From: Malacoraja senta
Taxonomy: Eukaryota
Assembly: GCA_038087875.1 (NCBI GenBank)
Contig: CM075995.1
Span: 8,496,001-8,560,000 of the forward strand
Length of the DNA stretch: 64,000 nt
Direction of reading: 5' to 3'
Each line of letters opens with the position of its first letter. Position 1 is the first letter of the stretch. Positions 12,876 to 25,232 of this stretch are shown here, one piece after another. The position numbers and the translations under genes are program-made. The notes under the pieces are model-generated. The model did no database searches and was not told the DNA's origin. It saw only the letters and a list, made by a program, of their open reading frames with translations.

Positions 12876-13699
12876 CAAGAGACTGTGGGCGCGGCGATAG
12901 GCCCGAAATGAAGGCGAGGAGCCAGGTATTTTCGGGAGGACTTTAATTAGACGTTGATCTCCCGTCCAGACGGGTCTGCAAGAGAGAGATTGCACCTAAA
13001 CCCTTGCCCTTCATCCCTGTAGCTAAGGGCCGCCCCCCCGGACTCATCCATTCCCGTGCAGAGGGGTTCGATAGTGGAAATGGCCCGACCCTTGGGAGCC
13101 ACAACAGGGCCCACCCCCCCTCCCCCCAGAAGCGGAGGCACGAAACGCACCGGCGGGCAAACAACCCGACCAGACCGCGTACGGAAGTCGGCCGACAGAG
13201 GGGCCGGCGGAGGGACAGGCAAATGGACAGGCGGAGAGACTTTAATTAGACGTGTGAATTCCAATAAACAGAGATTAGGAGGAACTGCAGATGCTGGTTT
13301 AAACTGAAGATAGACACACAAAACTCAGCGGGACAGGCAGCATCTCTGGAGAACAGGAACAGGTGACGTTTCGGGGGTCAGTGTTCGGGTTGGTTTAGGC
13401 AAACAAGTTTGAAAGGTTGCAAACGCCATGTCAAAGCTGCAAAATAAGCAGCAACCCCTGGTTATTGTGGGGGGGGGGGGGGGAGGGGAGGGGGGGGGAA
13501 GAGAGTCTAATAATACGATGCAGTACAATAGAACTTTATTTTATCCCAGGAGGGTAATTGGTCTGCCAGCAGTCATAAAACACAAGATATGTGAAGCATG
13601 AAATTAAAGTGACAAGTGGAAAGTCCAGGATTCAGGACATATAAATATTGAAGGGGGATAGGGGGGGAAGGGGAGTCAGACTTTAGGAGGGCACATCAT

Positions 13700-14462
13700 C
13701 GAGGACGTACACACCATTGAGGATAATGGGGATACTGTGGATAGGGTGAGCTGTTTTAAATACCTGGGAGTCCACATCACTGAGGATATGACATGGACAT
13801 CACACGCTGCAGCACTCGTGAGTAAGGCAAGACAGCGCCTTTACCACCTCAGGCAATTGAGGAAATTCAGAGTGTCTCCGAAGATCCTCCAGTGCTTTTA
13901 CTCAGCGGCTGCGGAAAGCATCTTGTCCGGAAACATCACGATTTGGTTTGCGACTGCTCTGCCCAGGACAAGAAGGCTCTGCAGAGAAGTAGTGCGTTCG
14001 GCCGAACGCACAATGGAAACTTCACTCGCCCCCTCTGCAGGAACTATACATCAGAAGGTGCAAATCCAGAGCCAACAAGATATGGGAGACCCCTTCCACC
14101 CCAGGCAACGGACTGTTCCAGCTGCTACGGTCAGGTAAACGCCTCCGTTGCCATGCTGTGAGAACGAGAGGTTGAGAAGGAGTTTCTTCCCAGAGGCCAT
14201 TAGGACTGTAAACTCCTATCTCACCAGGGACTAACTTTACTGGACCACTCTACTGTGTTTTTTTTAATTGCTGGGTTTTTTTCTCCCTTTTTCCTTCCGC
14301 CCACAATATTTAATATGTAAAAGAATATGTGATTCTGTTCCATTCTGTTTGTAGTTTGTTTGTTTGTTTTTTTTGCACAAAGTCCGCGAGCATTGCCACT
14401 TATCATTTCACTGCACATCTTGTATGTATATGTGACGAATAAACTTGACTTGACTTGACTTG
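13700..14462 (+). mobile_element. Rex1/Babar-type LINE 3' fragment
   Basis: FKYLGVHITEDMTW..KARQRLYHLRQLRKF and AATAAA-(CTTGA)n tail. Confidence 0.85.
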
Positions 14463-15147
14463 TCTACCCCACGACAGAAGGGGGAGGAGTTGTACAGTTG
14501 TTAGCCGCAGGGAAGAAGGATCTCCTGTGGCGTTCTGTGCTGCATCTTGGTGGGAACCAGTCTGTTGCTGAAGGTGCCCCTCAGGTTGACCAGTGTGTCA
14601 CGGAGGGTGAGCTGTATTGTCCAGGATGCTCCGCAGTTTGAGGAGCATCCTCCCCTCCGAGACCAACCTCCAACTCCGCCCCCAGCATTCCTGATGAGTT
14701 TGTTGATCCTGTTGGCGTCCGCGGCCTTCGCCCCTGCTGCCCCAGCACACGGCAGTGAAGAAGATGGGCTGTCTATCCAGTAAAGGGCAAGTTAATGACA
14801 TAGCCACACCTCACTGGTGACCCTCGGATTGATATTTGATCGGACCTTACTGGCTTTACCTTATCATGTATCGATACACTGTGAGTGACACTGTGGCACA
14901 GCGGTAGAGTTGCTGCCTTACAGTGCTGACATGATTGTAATCATGTATTGTCTTCCCGCTGACTGGTTAGCACGCAACAAAAGCTTTCACTGTACCTCGG
15001 TACACGTGACAATAAACTAAAGAGATAGACACAAAAAGCTGGAGTAACTCAGCGGGACAGGCAGCATCCCTGGGGAGAAGGAACAGGTGACGCTTCGGGT
15101 CGAGACCCTTCTTCAGACTAAAGAGATGTTCATCATTTCCGAAGGGC

Positions 15148-15585
15148 AGCATGGTGGCGCAGCGGTAGAGTTGCTGCCTTACAGCGCCACAGACCGGGTT
15201 CGATCCCGACTACCGGTGCTGTCTGTACGGAGGTTGCCTACTCCCCGTGACCCGCGTGGGTTTTCTCCGAGATCTTTGGTTTCCTCCCGCACTCCAAGAC
15301 GTGCAGGTTTGTAGGTTAATTGGCTTGGGTTTTATATACTTGGTTTCAGTGGTCAATTGTCGCTAGTGTGTGGGGGTGGGAAGATTGCAACATTCACGCG
15401 GTCCGACCTGTTCGACAAATGCAATCAACGTGGCGTGCACAATCAAATAAGATCAAATAGAACAAGTTGTCCGACAACTTTAGGCTGTGCACGCTATACG
15501 CAAGATGTCCCTAGTGTAGTAGGCGTGGCTAACGTGCGGGGGTCGTGGTCGGCGCGGACTCGGTGGGCCGAAGGGCCTGTTTCAA
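15148..15585 (+). mobile_element. HE1-type V-SINE
   Basis: tRNA-like head (TGGCGCAGCGG..GGTTCGATCCC), V-domain (TCCCCGTGAC..GGTTTCCTCCC..CCAAGACG) and CR1-like tail GGGCCGAAGGGCCTGTTTC. Confidence 0.85.
15372..15505 (+). mobile_element. Second copy of the HDV-ribozyme retroposon, inserted in a V-SINE
   Basis: Same sequence family. TSD TGTC(G/C)CTAGTGT at 15358-15369 and 15506-15517. Confidence 0.8.
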
Positions 15586-15887
15586 TACAATACAATACGG
15601 TTTTATTCGTCACATTGCACATAAAGCGCAAGTGAAATGAATTTGCCAGCAGCGGTACAATGATAAAGAACACACAATACACAATAAACATTTAACACAA
15701 ACATCCACCACAGCGTTCATCACTGTGGTGGAAGGCACAACATTTGGCCAGTCCTCCTCCATTTCTGCGCCGTATCTCTCACACTAAAACAAATATTGTC
15801 AAGTCAAGTGAGTTTATTGTCATGTGTCCCTGATAGGACAATGAAATTCTTGCTTTGTTTCAGCACAACAGAACATAGTAGGCATTG

Positions 15888-16565
15888 AAGGTACACAAAA
15901 TGCTGGAGAAACTCAGCGGGTGCAGCAGCATCTATGGAGCGAAGGAAATAGGTAACGTTTCGGGCCGAAACCCTTCTTCAGACTGATAGGGGGTGGGGAG
16001 AAGAAAGGGAAAAAGGAAAAAGCGGAGGAGGAGCCCGAGGGCTGGGGGAGGGGAGGAGACAACCAGATGGCTGATGAAGTGGAGGGGACAGCAAGGGCTA
16101 GCAGAATTGGGAGAATTCAATGTTCAGGCCCCCAGGATGTAGACTGCCCAAGCGGAATATGAGGTGCATTTCCTCCAATTTACGGTGTTGCTCGTTGTGG
16201 CCATGGAGGAGACCCAGGACAGAGAGGTCAGATACGGATGGGAGGGGGAGTTAAAGTGCTGAGCCACCGGGAGTTCAGGTTGGTTATTGCGGACCGACCG
16301 GGTGGGCGAACGAACGATCGCCAAGCCTCCGCTTGGTCTCACCGATGTAGATCAGCTGGCATCTAGAGCAGCGAATGCAATAGATGAGGTTGGAGGAGAT
16401 GCAGGTGAACCTCTGCACCTGGAACGACTGCTTGGGTCCTTGAATGGAGTGGAGGGGGGAGGTGAAGGGACAAGTGTTGCATCTCATTGCGGTGCAAGGG
16501 AAAGTACCAGGGGAGGGGGTGGTATGGGAGGGAAGGGAAAAATTGACAAGAGAGTTACGGAGTAG
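15888..16565 (-). mobile_element. Penelope-like element 3' part (GIY-YIG endonuclease plus pseudo-LTR)
   Basis: C..C..C cluster, NLIYCIRCSRCQLIYIGETKRRLGDR, PVAQHFNS, then the CTGAAGA..GAAACGTT terminal repeat. Confidence 0.9.
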
Positions 16566-17254
16566 GGAGTAGCATTGACTTAAGGGGTTTGGACAGGTTA
16601 GATGCAGGGAAGATTGTTTCCGATGTTTGGGAAGTCCAGGACAAGGGGTCACAGCTTAAGGATAAAGGGGAAAATCCTTTAGGACCGAGATGAGAAAAAC
16701 ATTTTTCACACAAGAGTGGTGAATCTCTGGAACTCTGCCACAGAAGGTAGTTGAGGCCAGTTCATTGGTTATATTAAAGAGGGAGTTAGATGTGGCACTT
16801 GTGACTAACGGATCAGGGGGTATGGAGAGAAAGCAGGTACAGGATACTGGATGATATCAGCCATGATCATATTGAATGGCGGTGCAGGCTCAAAGGGCCG
16901 AATGGCCCACTCCTGCACCTATTTTCTATGTTTCTATGACTACAAGGCATTCTATAGATATATACACACAGTATATACTCAATATATAACTTACAGCTCC
17001 AAAGCAGGTCAGCAGATGCTGGAAATCGAAGGTAGACAAAAGTGCTGGATAAACTCAGCGGGTGCAGCAGCATCTATGGAGCGAAGGAAATTAGGCAACG
17101 TTTCGGGCCGAAACGTTGCCTATTTCCTTCAGGGTTCGGCCCGAAACGTCACCTATTTCCTTCGCTCCATAGATGCTGCTGTACCCGCTGGTTTCTCCAG
17201 CACTTTTGTCTTCCAGGTCAGCAAAGTGTCAGGACTATCGCCATTATTCATTAC

Positions 17255-17329
17255 CTGATTAGTACTTCAAGGGTGCTGGGATTGTAGGTAGTCACGGCGT
17301 GCGTGCCGACGGAAAACACTCGCTTGTAC
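17255..17329 (-). CDS. DNAJC13: DNAJC13 second coding exon (75 nt, apparently 1 nt short)
   Basis: [23 protein letters not shown] then GTA-CT-AAT-CAG where V-T-N-Q is expected. Polypyrimidine-CAG acceptor and GTAATG donor. Confidence 0.92.
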
Positions 17330-18264
17330 CTGAGAAGGGAAATAAACAAACATGAGCGACAAGAGGAATAAGGCACGTCGAACTCTGCACGCTTCTAACT
17401 TTACTTAGAACAAATCATTTTACATTAGACACTTCACAGTCCAAGCATTTAATTGAATAATAAATTACTGAATGAGCACCCGAGGGGGAAAAGAAAAATC
17501 AAACGCAATTTTTTTCCTGGCATAATTGAGCAAACTTCACATTAGTGGCGCAGCGGCAGAGTTACTGCCTTACAGCGCCAGAGTCCCGTGTTCGATCCCG
17601 ACTACGGGTGCTGTGCAGTTTGCACGTTCTCCCCGTGGGTTTTCTCCGGTTTCCTCCCACACTCAGGTTTGGAGTGATGTGGACCAACAAGGGCAGGTGG
17701 GACTAGTGTCGCTGTGGGCAAGTTGGGCCGAAGGAGCCAGTTTCCGCACTGTATCACTCTCTGACACCAAAGCCGTGCTGGGTACAAATATAAATTGTCC
17801 CTAGTGTGTGTGTGTGTGTGCGTGTGTGTGTGTGTGGGGATAGCGTTAATGTGCAGGGATCGCTGGCCGGCCGGAGCTGACTCAGTGGACAAAGGCCTGT
17901 TTCTGCGCTGTATCACTAAAATAAACTAAACTGCACAGAGATAAGAGACCAGTGCTGGAAATGCCGCCTTGGAGTTGTACTGTTTCATAATCTTTTCATA
18001 ACAGATGTGATACTTGGTGCGTGAAAAGCTCCTTCAGCCGCAGTTTATACTTTCATATTTATTCATGTTCCCCGGTTACTGGCCGGTGCACGCTGCGACT
18101 AAGCAGAATATTTCTGAACTCTTATTGATTACTGTTTAGCATTAAATATTAACCGATACTATCCGATAACATTTTTCTCTCTCCACCAGTCCCCCTTCCC
18201 TCCCCTCACAGATTTACTTCTTTCTATCGACGCTTCCAAAACAGCTTTTTCCCCCTGCCATAGG

Positions 18265-19290
18265 AACATAGAAAATAGGTGCAGGAGGAGGCCATTCAGC
18301 CCTTCGAGCCAGCACCGCCATTCATTGTGATCATGGCTGATCATCCCCAATCAATAACCCGTGCCTGCCTTCTCCCCATATCCCTTGATTCCACTAGCCC
18401 CTAGAGCTCTCTCTTAAATCCATCCAGTGATTTGGCCTCCACTGCCCTCTGTGCAGGGAATTCCACAAATTCACAACTCTCTGGGTGAAAAGGTTTTTTC
18501 TCACCTCAGTCTTAAATGACCTCCCCTTCATTCTAAGACTGTGGACATTGTTTCTGGCATCACCCAAGCTACTCATTTTGTTTCTTTTACAAATTGTTAT
18601 TTTGAACAGAATCAGTACAGCACAGAAACTGGCCCTTCGGCCCACAGCCTTTGTGCCGACCATGATGCCAGCTGATCTTCATCTGCCTATTGAGGGAGTG
18701 CGGCGTAGGTTTAGGGCCCTAGTGAGACCACACCTGGAGTATTGTGGGCAGTTTTGGTCTCCAAATTTGGGATGTACATTCTTGCTATTGAGGGAGTGCA
18801 AGCGTAGGTTTACAAGGTTAATTCCTGGGATGGCGGGACTGTCATATGCTGAGAGAAAGGGAGCAGCTGGGCTTGTACACTCTGGAGTTTAGAAGGATGA
18901 GAGGGTATCTCATTGAAACATATAAGATTGTTATTGGGTTTGGACACGCTAGAGGCAGGAAACATGTTCCTGATGTTGGGGGAGTCCAGAACCAGGGGCC
19001 ACACAGTTTAACAATAAGGGGTAAGCCATTTAGAACGAGACGAGGAAACACTTTTTCACACAGAGAGTGGTGAGTCTGTGGAATTTCGCTGCCTCAGAGG
19101 GCGGTGGAGGCCGGTTCTCTGGATGCTTTCAAGAGAGAGCTAGATAGGGCTCTTAAATATAGCGGAGTCAGGGGATATGGGGAGAAGGCAGGAACTGGGT
19201 ACTGATTGGGGATGATCAGCCATGATCACATTAAATGGCGGTGCTGGCTCGAAGGGCCGAATGGCCTACTTCCTGCACCTATTGTCTATA
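18265..19290. mobile_element. CR1 fragments (18265-18545 -, 18685-19290 +)
   Basis: ORF2 C-terminus and GGGCCGAATGGCC 3' stem-loop. Confidence 0.85.
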
Positions 19291-19589
19291 CTTGATCGAT
19301 ATCGCTCTATTCTTTGCACATCCACGTGCCGATGTAAAAGCCTCCTTAAACATCACTATGGTATCTGCCTCCACCACCACCACCACCGGGTTATGCATTC
19401 CAGGCCCCCACCGATGTAAACAAAACCTGCCCCACTCATCTCCGTTTAACCTTCCTCCTTCATTCTGTACCTATTCCACCCAGGAACAAGGTTCTGACAT
19501 GAATGTCATTGAAGGGGCTGTGGATATGCATATGGATATGCGGGGAATGGTGGGATATGGATTATGTGCAGGTAGACAAGAGATGAAAA

Positions 19590-20018
19590 ACACAGAGTGC
19601 TGGAGTAACTCAGCGGGTCAGGCAGCATCTGTGGAGAACATGGATAGGTGACGTTTCACAGAGTGCTGGAGTAACTCAGCGGGTCAGGCAGCATCTGTGG
19701 AGGGAACNNNNNNNNNNNNNNNNNNNNNNNNNNNNNNNNNNNNNNNNNNNNNNNNNNNNNNNNNNNNNNNNNNNNNNNNNNNNNNNNNNNNNNNNNNNNN
19801 NNNNNNNNNNNNNNNNNNNNNNNNNNNNNNNNNNNNNNNNNNNNNNNNNNNNNNNNNNNNNNNNNNNNNNNNNNNNNNNNNNNNNNNNNNNNNNNNNNNN
19901 NNNNNNNCAGAGATGCTGCCTGACCCGCTGAGTTACTCCAGCACTCTGTGAAACGTCACCTATCCATGTTCTCCACAGATGCTGCCTGACCCGCTGAGTT
20001 ACTCCAGCACTCTGTGTC
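19590..20018. repeat. 66-bp arrays in opposite orientation on either side of the gap
   Basis: Reverse orientation at 19590-19707, forward orientation at 19908-20018. Confidence 0.93.
19708..19907. other. Assembly gap (200 N)
   Basis: Run of N between oppositely oriented 66-bp arrays. Confidence 0.99.
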
Positions 20019-20583
20019 TATCCCACTGTTGTTGAGAGGTTGGAGTTGTGCATCCACCAGATCAGTTAAGGACAGTCGATTTTCTTCCTAAAATGACATC
20101 TGTAAATTGGTGGGTTTTTGCAAGTAGTTTAATCTGCCGTAATAAGCCAGATTTATTTAACTGACTTTGAATTTTTCCCTGCTGCTCTCATGGGGGATTT
20201 GAACATGATGGTGGACTAGTCGGTACTTTATAGCCCATGCTGTGGAGTACTAGTCCTATCATCTTGTCGGTTTTAGAGATTTAGCATGGAAACAGGCCTC
20301 AGCCCACAGGTAGACTCAAAATGGTGGTGCAACTCAGTGGGACAGGCAGCAACTCTGGCGAGAAGGAACGGGTGATGTTTCGGGTCGAGACCCTTCTTCG
20401 GATAATAATCTGCCTTTTTGTTCTTGCTTCCAAAGTGGATAACGTCACATTTATCCACATTATACTGCATCTGCCCACGCACCAAACCTGTCCAAGGCAC
20501 CCTGCAGCCTCATGGCATCCGCCTCGCAGCTCACCCTGCCACCCAGCTTTGTGTCATCCGCACACTTGGATTCCTTCGTCTAA

Positions 20584-20913
20584 TAGCGCTGTCCCACGGT
20601 ACGAGTTCATTCCAAGAGCTCTCCCGAGTTTAAAAAAAATCATGCTCGTGGTAAGCACGGAGAATGAACGTAGCGGGTACGTCGGAGCTTGGGGACGTCT
20701 CTTAGCGGCTCGTAACGCTAACGGCAGGTACTCGGGAAGACTCGCTCACGGCAGGTAAGCACGGGAAGACTCGTGAAGATTTTTCAACATGTTGAAAAAT
20801 GTCCACGAGAGCCCCGAGTACCGACGAGTGGCCATTACCGTAAATCTCCGAGATTGAATCAGGGCAAACTCGGAAGAGCTCTTGGAATGAACTCGTACCG
20901 TGGGACGGGGCTT
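20584..20913. mobile_element. Harbinger-type MITE inside a CR1 fragment
   Basis: GTCCCACGGTACGAGTTCATTCCAAGAGCTCT inverted termini. TAA TSD at 20581-20583 and 20914-20916. Confidence 0.8.
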
Positions 20914-21954
20914 TAAATCGTTAATATATATTGTAAATAACTGGGTAGACACAAAATGTTGGAGTAACTCAGCGGGACAGGCAGCATCTCTGGAGAGTGG
21001 GAATGGGTCGTCTTCTACCGCTGTTCTGTGCAGCTGCCGTATGCTGGAGAGGTGGAGGAGGTGCTTGAGGCAGGTTAATGACACGGGCAGATACGTGGAT
21101 AGGAAAGGTTGTTACGGATATGGACCAAATGCAGGCACATGGGATTAGCTTAGATGGAGCATCTTGGTCGGCTGAGGTTGGGTGAGTTGGGCTGTACGAC
21201 TATGATTAGCATGACATAAAAACAGCTTTTTCCCCACGAGTAGTAGCTCTACTCAATAACCAAAAATCTGTAGCCTCCTTTTGCTCTGTTTTAAAAAAAA
21301 TTTAATTCACATGTTTAATCAATAATGTTTTATTATTAATGTGTCATTCCTAACTGTCACTGTATGTCATGTTGTCACTTGTGGGCGGAGCACCATGGCA
21401 AATTCCTTGTATGTGAATAATTGGCCAATAAACGTATTCATTGATGCTGACAGCCACAAAGTGCTGGAGTAACTCAGCGGTTCAGGCAGCATCTCTGGAG
21501 AGAAGTCACCCGCCCCAGCAATTTTGTGTCTACTTCGACTTAAGCCAGCATCTGCAGTTCTTTCCTAGGCTTTCAGCCCTCAGAGTCAAGCTCTCATCGA
21601 TCATGCAGTCACACTAGTTCTATGTTACTCCACTTTCTCCCTAACACACTAGGGGCAATTTTAGAGGCCGATTAACCTACAAACCCTCCCTGTGACTCCG
21701 TGGGTTTTCTCCGGGTGCTCCGGTTTCCTCCCACACTCCATAGACATGAGGGTTTGTAGGTTAAGTGGCTTCTGTTAAATTGTGTTGTGTGCGGGGATCG
21801 CTGGCCAGCGCGGACCTGGTGGGCCGAAGGGCCTGTTTCTGCATTGTATCTCTAAACTAGACTGTAGCCCATCAGTGTATAATTGGATCTCCTGAGGTTA
21901 TGAGTAATGTACCAGAATTCAAGTCTTGATCTGCCTCATGTTTACATATTTCAG

Positions 21955-22035
21955 GTTCCCACTTCAAAATGAATATTATCAAAGAGAACAACGATTTGGC
22001 CTGTTACTACACAACAAAACACTCGTGGAGGGAAA
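21955..22035 (+). CDS. DNAJC13: DNAJC13 ATG-containing exon (ATG at 21969), opposite strand to the downstream exons
   Basis: TTTCAG acceptor, 14-nt [24 protein letters not shown].., GTAAGT donor. Matches recalled [23 protein letters not shown], with one G missing in the R-G codons. Confidence 0.92.
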
Positions 22036-22100
22036 GTAAGTTATTTCTGATATTGAATAGTAAATTTTTTTTTTTTTAATGATGAAATAGTCTAATTACT

Positions 22101-22640
22101 AGGTACACAAAAATGCTGGAGAAACTCAGCGGGTGCAGCAGCATCTATGGAGCGAAGGAAATAGGCAACGTTTCAGGCCGAAACCCTTCTTCAGACCTGG
22201 TCTGGTCCTTACCCTCAATAACTTCTCATTTGACTCCTCCCATTTCCTCCAAATACAAGGCGTAGCTATGGGCACACGCATGGGCCCCAGCTACGCCTGC
22301 CTCTTTGTCGGGTACGTAGAACAATCCTTGTTCAATACGTACCTGGGCCCCATCCTCGACCTCTACCTCCGCTACATCGATGACTGTTTTGGTGCCACCT
22401 CCTGCACCCACACACAACTGACTGACTTCATCCGCTTCACCACCAACTTCCATCCGGCACTCAAATACACCTGGACCATTTCCGACACTTCCCTACCATT
22501 CCTTGACCTCACTATCTCCATCGCAGGTGATAGACTTCTTACCGACATCCATTACAAACCTACCGACTCCCATGGCTATCTGGACTACACTTCTTCCCAC
22601 CCTGCTTCCTGTAAGGACTCCATCCCCCACTCCCAATTAA
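22101..22640 (+). mobile_element. Penelope-like RT fragment preceded by an inverted pseudo-LTR
   Basis: NNFSF..QIQGVAMGTRMGPSYACLFVG..RYIDD..LPFLDL..HYKPT. 13-bp duplication TAGTCTAATTACT at 22088-22100 and 22662-22674. Confidence 0.9.
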
Positions 22641-22903
22641 AGAATTAAAAAAATGTGATCCTAGTCTAATTACTGTTTTGTTTTGCAATTTCATAAATAG
22701 TTTTTTTGCTTTTTGTTTGTGATTGAAGATGTGAATTATTGATTGTGTGGGGGAAAAAATCTTAATCATAATCATAATCATACTTTATTAGCCAAGTGTG
22801 TTTTGCAACATACGAAGAATTTGATTTGCCGTACAATCATAGCAATTAAAAGCAACAGAACACACAAAATACATTTTAACATAAACATCCACCACAGTGA
22901 CTC

Positions 22904-23363
22904 GTGAGGGCAGTGGGCGGGTGCTATAGGCCTGCACGGGAAGGTAGACGCTCCCACCCCCACGAGTCTCGGGCAGATGGGGCTCGTCAGCCTGGGAAGG
23001 CAGTCCATCTAGGAGACGGAAAACTCTGATTTAAAACCTCCACTGCCTTGTGGCTATATCCAGTCATGGAAAAGGCTCCAGGAGTAAACCTCAAGAAAAT
23101 CCGGAGTCGGAGCCCCTAAGGCAGTTCGTCATTGTCTACAACCTCGCTCTGGCAGCTCCTGTGACGGCGCTGGTGCCAAACTGTAACGGCCCTGCTGTTC
23201 CTTTGGGTCGATCAGCGACGTGGAGAGGGGGGGGGGACGTGCTGCATGGGGCAACAGCCTGTCCTCCACATGACATCGCCCAGGCTTGCATCCGACCACA
23301 CATCCACCTGCAAACTAGGATGCATCACCCATGGTCAGTCATGACCGAGGGGGGACCTACTAT
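22904..23363 (+). mobile_element. Non-autonomous retroposon, probably RTE-related
   Basis: 8-bp TSD AGTGACTC (22896-22903 and 23364-23371). Contains CTAGGAGACGGAAAACTCTGATTT, resembling recalled RTE 5' regions. Short CTACTAT tail. Confidence 0.55.
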
Positions 23364-24289
23364 AGTGACTCTCCACGTTCCTCACTGTGATGGAAGGCGG
23401 GAAAAAAAGAAGTTCATCTCTTCCCTTCTTCGTTCTCCGGCGGTCGAGGACCTCGAGCCTTCCGTTGGCGGGACTATCTTAGCTCCTGTAGCCGGCGGTC
23501 GGGCCCTCCGCATCGGGGCGATCAAACACCCGCATCGGGGGGGAATCTCAGCTCCCCGTGGCGGGCGATCGCACCCCGGGTCGGGGCTGGTCGAACCTTC
23601 TGCGACTTTGGAGCTTCCCGACATCGGTCTCGACCCGAGACTGCGAGCTCCTCGATGTTGGAGCATCGATTCCAGGCAAGGGATCGGCTCCTGATGGTAA
23701 GTCCGCGGCCCCGCGGTGGGGCTGATAGTCATTCCCGAGTGGGGCCTCAAGCTCCATGATCGCAGAGCGACCAGAGATACGATCCGGAAAACAATCGCTT
23801 CTCCGGCAAGGTAAGAGATTGAAAAAAAGCTTCAAACTGCCCCACCCCCACCCCCTACATAAAACAAACCAGAGAACATTAATACAAACTTTTAAACACA
23901 CGAAAAATAACAAAAAAGGCGGACAGACCGTTGGCGAGGCTGCCATCGCACGGTAGAATATAAGGTGAGATGTTGTTTTAGTCCCTGTGTGATCCACCAT
24001 TTCATCAAGAAGCCAGTTTGTTTTGCATTGCAATTACCGCTTATGTTGTAACGTAACTGGTGGGGGGCCGGTGAGAACACGGGGTGACCCGGGGGGGATG
24101 GAGCCCCGAGAACAAGGAGGGACCAGGGTTGGGGGGGGGGAGAGCGAGAAAAAGGAATGAAAATGTGAGCAACGGTTTGTGTGATGGTCTGGGCTGCGTC
24201 CACAATCTGCAATTTCTTGTGGTCTTGGATGGATCTGTTCCCAAACCAGACTGTAATGTGTCCCGAGAAGACGTTCTCCAAGGTGCATC

Positions 24290-24762
24290 CCAGCACACTG
24301 ATGCAATTATAAAGATCAGCACCTCTACTTCCTGAGAAGATTACGGAGAGTCGGTTTGTCAAGGAGGATTCTCTCGAACTTCTACAGGTGCACAGTAGAG
24401 AGCATGCTGACCAGTTGCATCGTGGCCTGGTTCGGCAACTTGAACGTCCAGGAGCGGAAAGGAATGCAGAAAGTTGTGACCACTGCCCAGTCCACCACCG
24501 GCTCTGACCTCCCCACCATCGAAGGGATCTATCGCGGTCGCTGCCTCAAAAAGACAGCCAGCATCATCAAGGACCCACACCATCCTGGCCACACACTCCT
24601 CTCTCCGTTGCCATCGGGAAGAAGGTACAGGATCCTGAAATCTGGAACATCCAGGTTCAGGAACAGCTTCTTCCATCAGGCTTATTAAACTCGCCATCAA
24701 ACAGACTGAACAATAACAGCCTATTGCACTTTATCTGTTTATTTATGTATATATATGTATGC

Positions 24763-24824
<62 letters not shown>

Positions 24825-25232
24825 GTGTATATATATATATGTGTGTGTGTGTATATGTGTGTGTGTATATGTGTGTGTGTATATATGTGTGTGTATATGT
24901 GTGTATATGTGTGTGTATATGTGTGTGTGTATATGTGTGTGTGTATATGTGTATATATGTATGTATATGTGTGTATATATATATATGTGTGTGTGTGTAT
25001 ATGTGTGTGTGTATATATGTGTGTGTGTATATATGTGTGTGTGTATATGTGTGTGTGTATATGTGTATATATGTATGTATATGTGTGTATATATATATTC
25101 TATGGTATATGGACACACTGAGCTTTTATCTCCTGTTCTGTATTATGTTTACATATTCTGTTGTGCTGCATCAAGCAAGAATTTCATTGCCCTATCTGGG
25201 ACACACGACAATAAAACACTCTTGACTCTTGA
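24290..25232 (+). mobile_element. Rex1/Babar fragment with an expanded microsatellite in the 3'UTR
   Basis: FYRCTVESMLTSCIVAWFGN..; same family as 45260-45890. Confidence 0.85.
24745..25097. repeat. (TA)n/(TG)n compound microsatellite
   Basis: Direct reading. Confidence 0.97.

Noticed and set aside
15148..15215. tRNA genes at SINE heads
   Set aside because: The A/B-box-like heads continue into the V-domain and a CR1-type tail, so these are SINEs.
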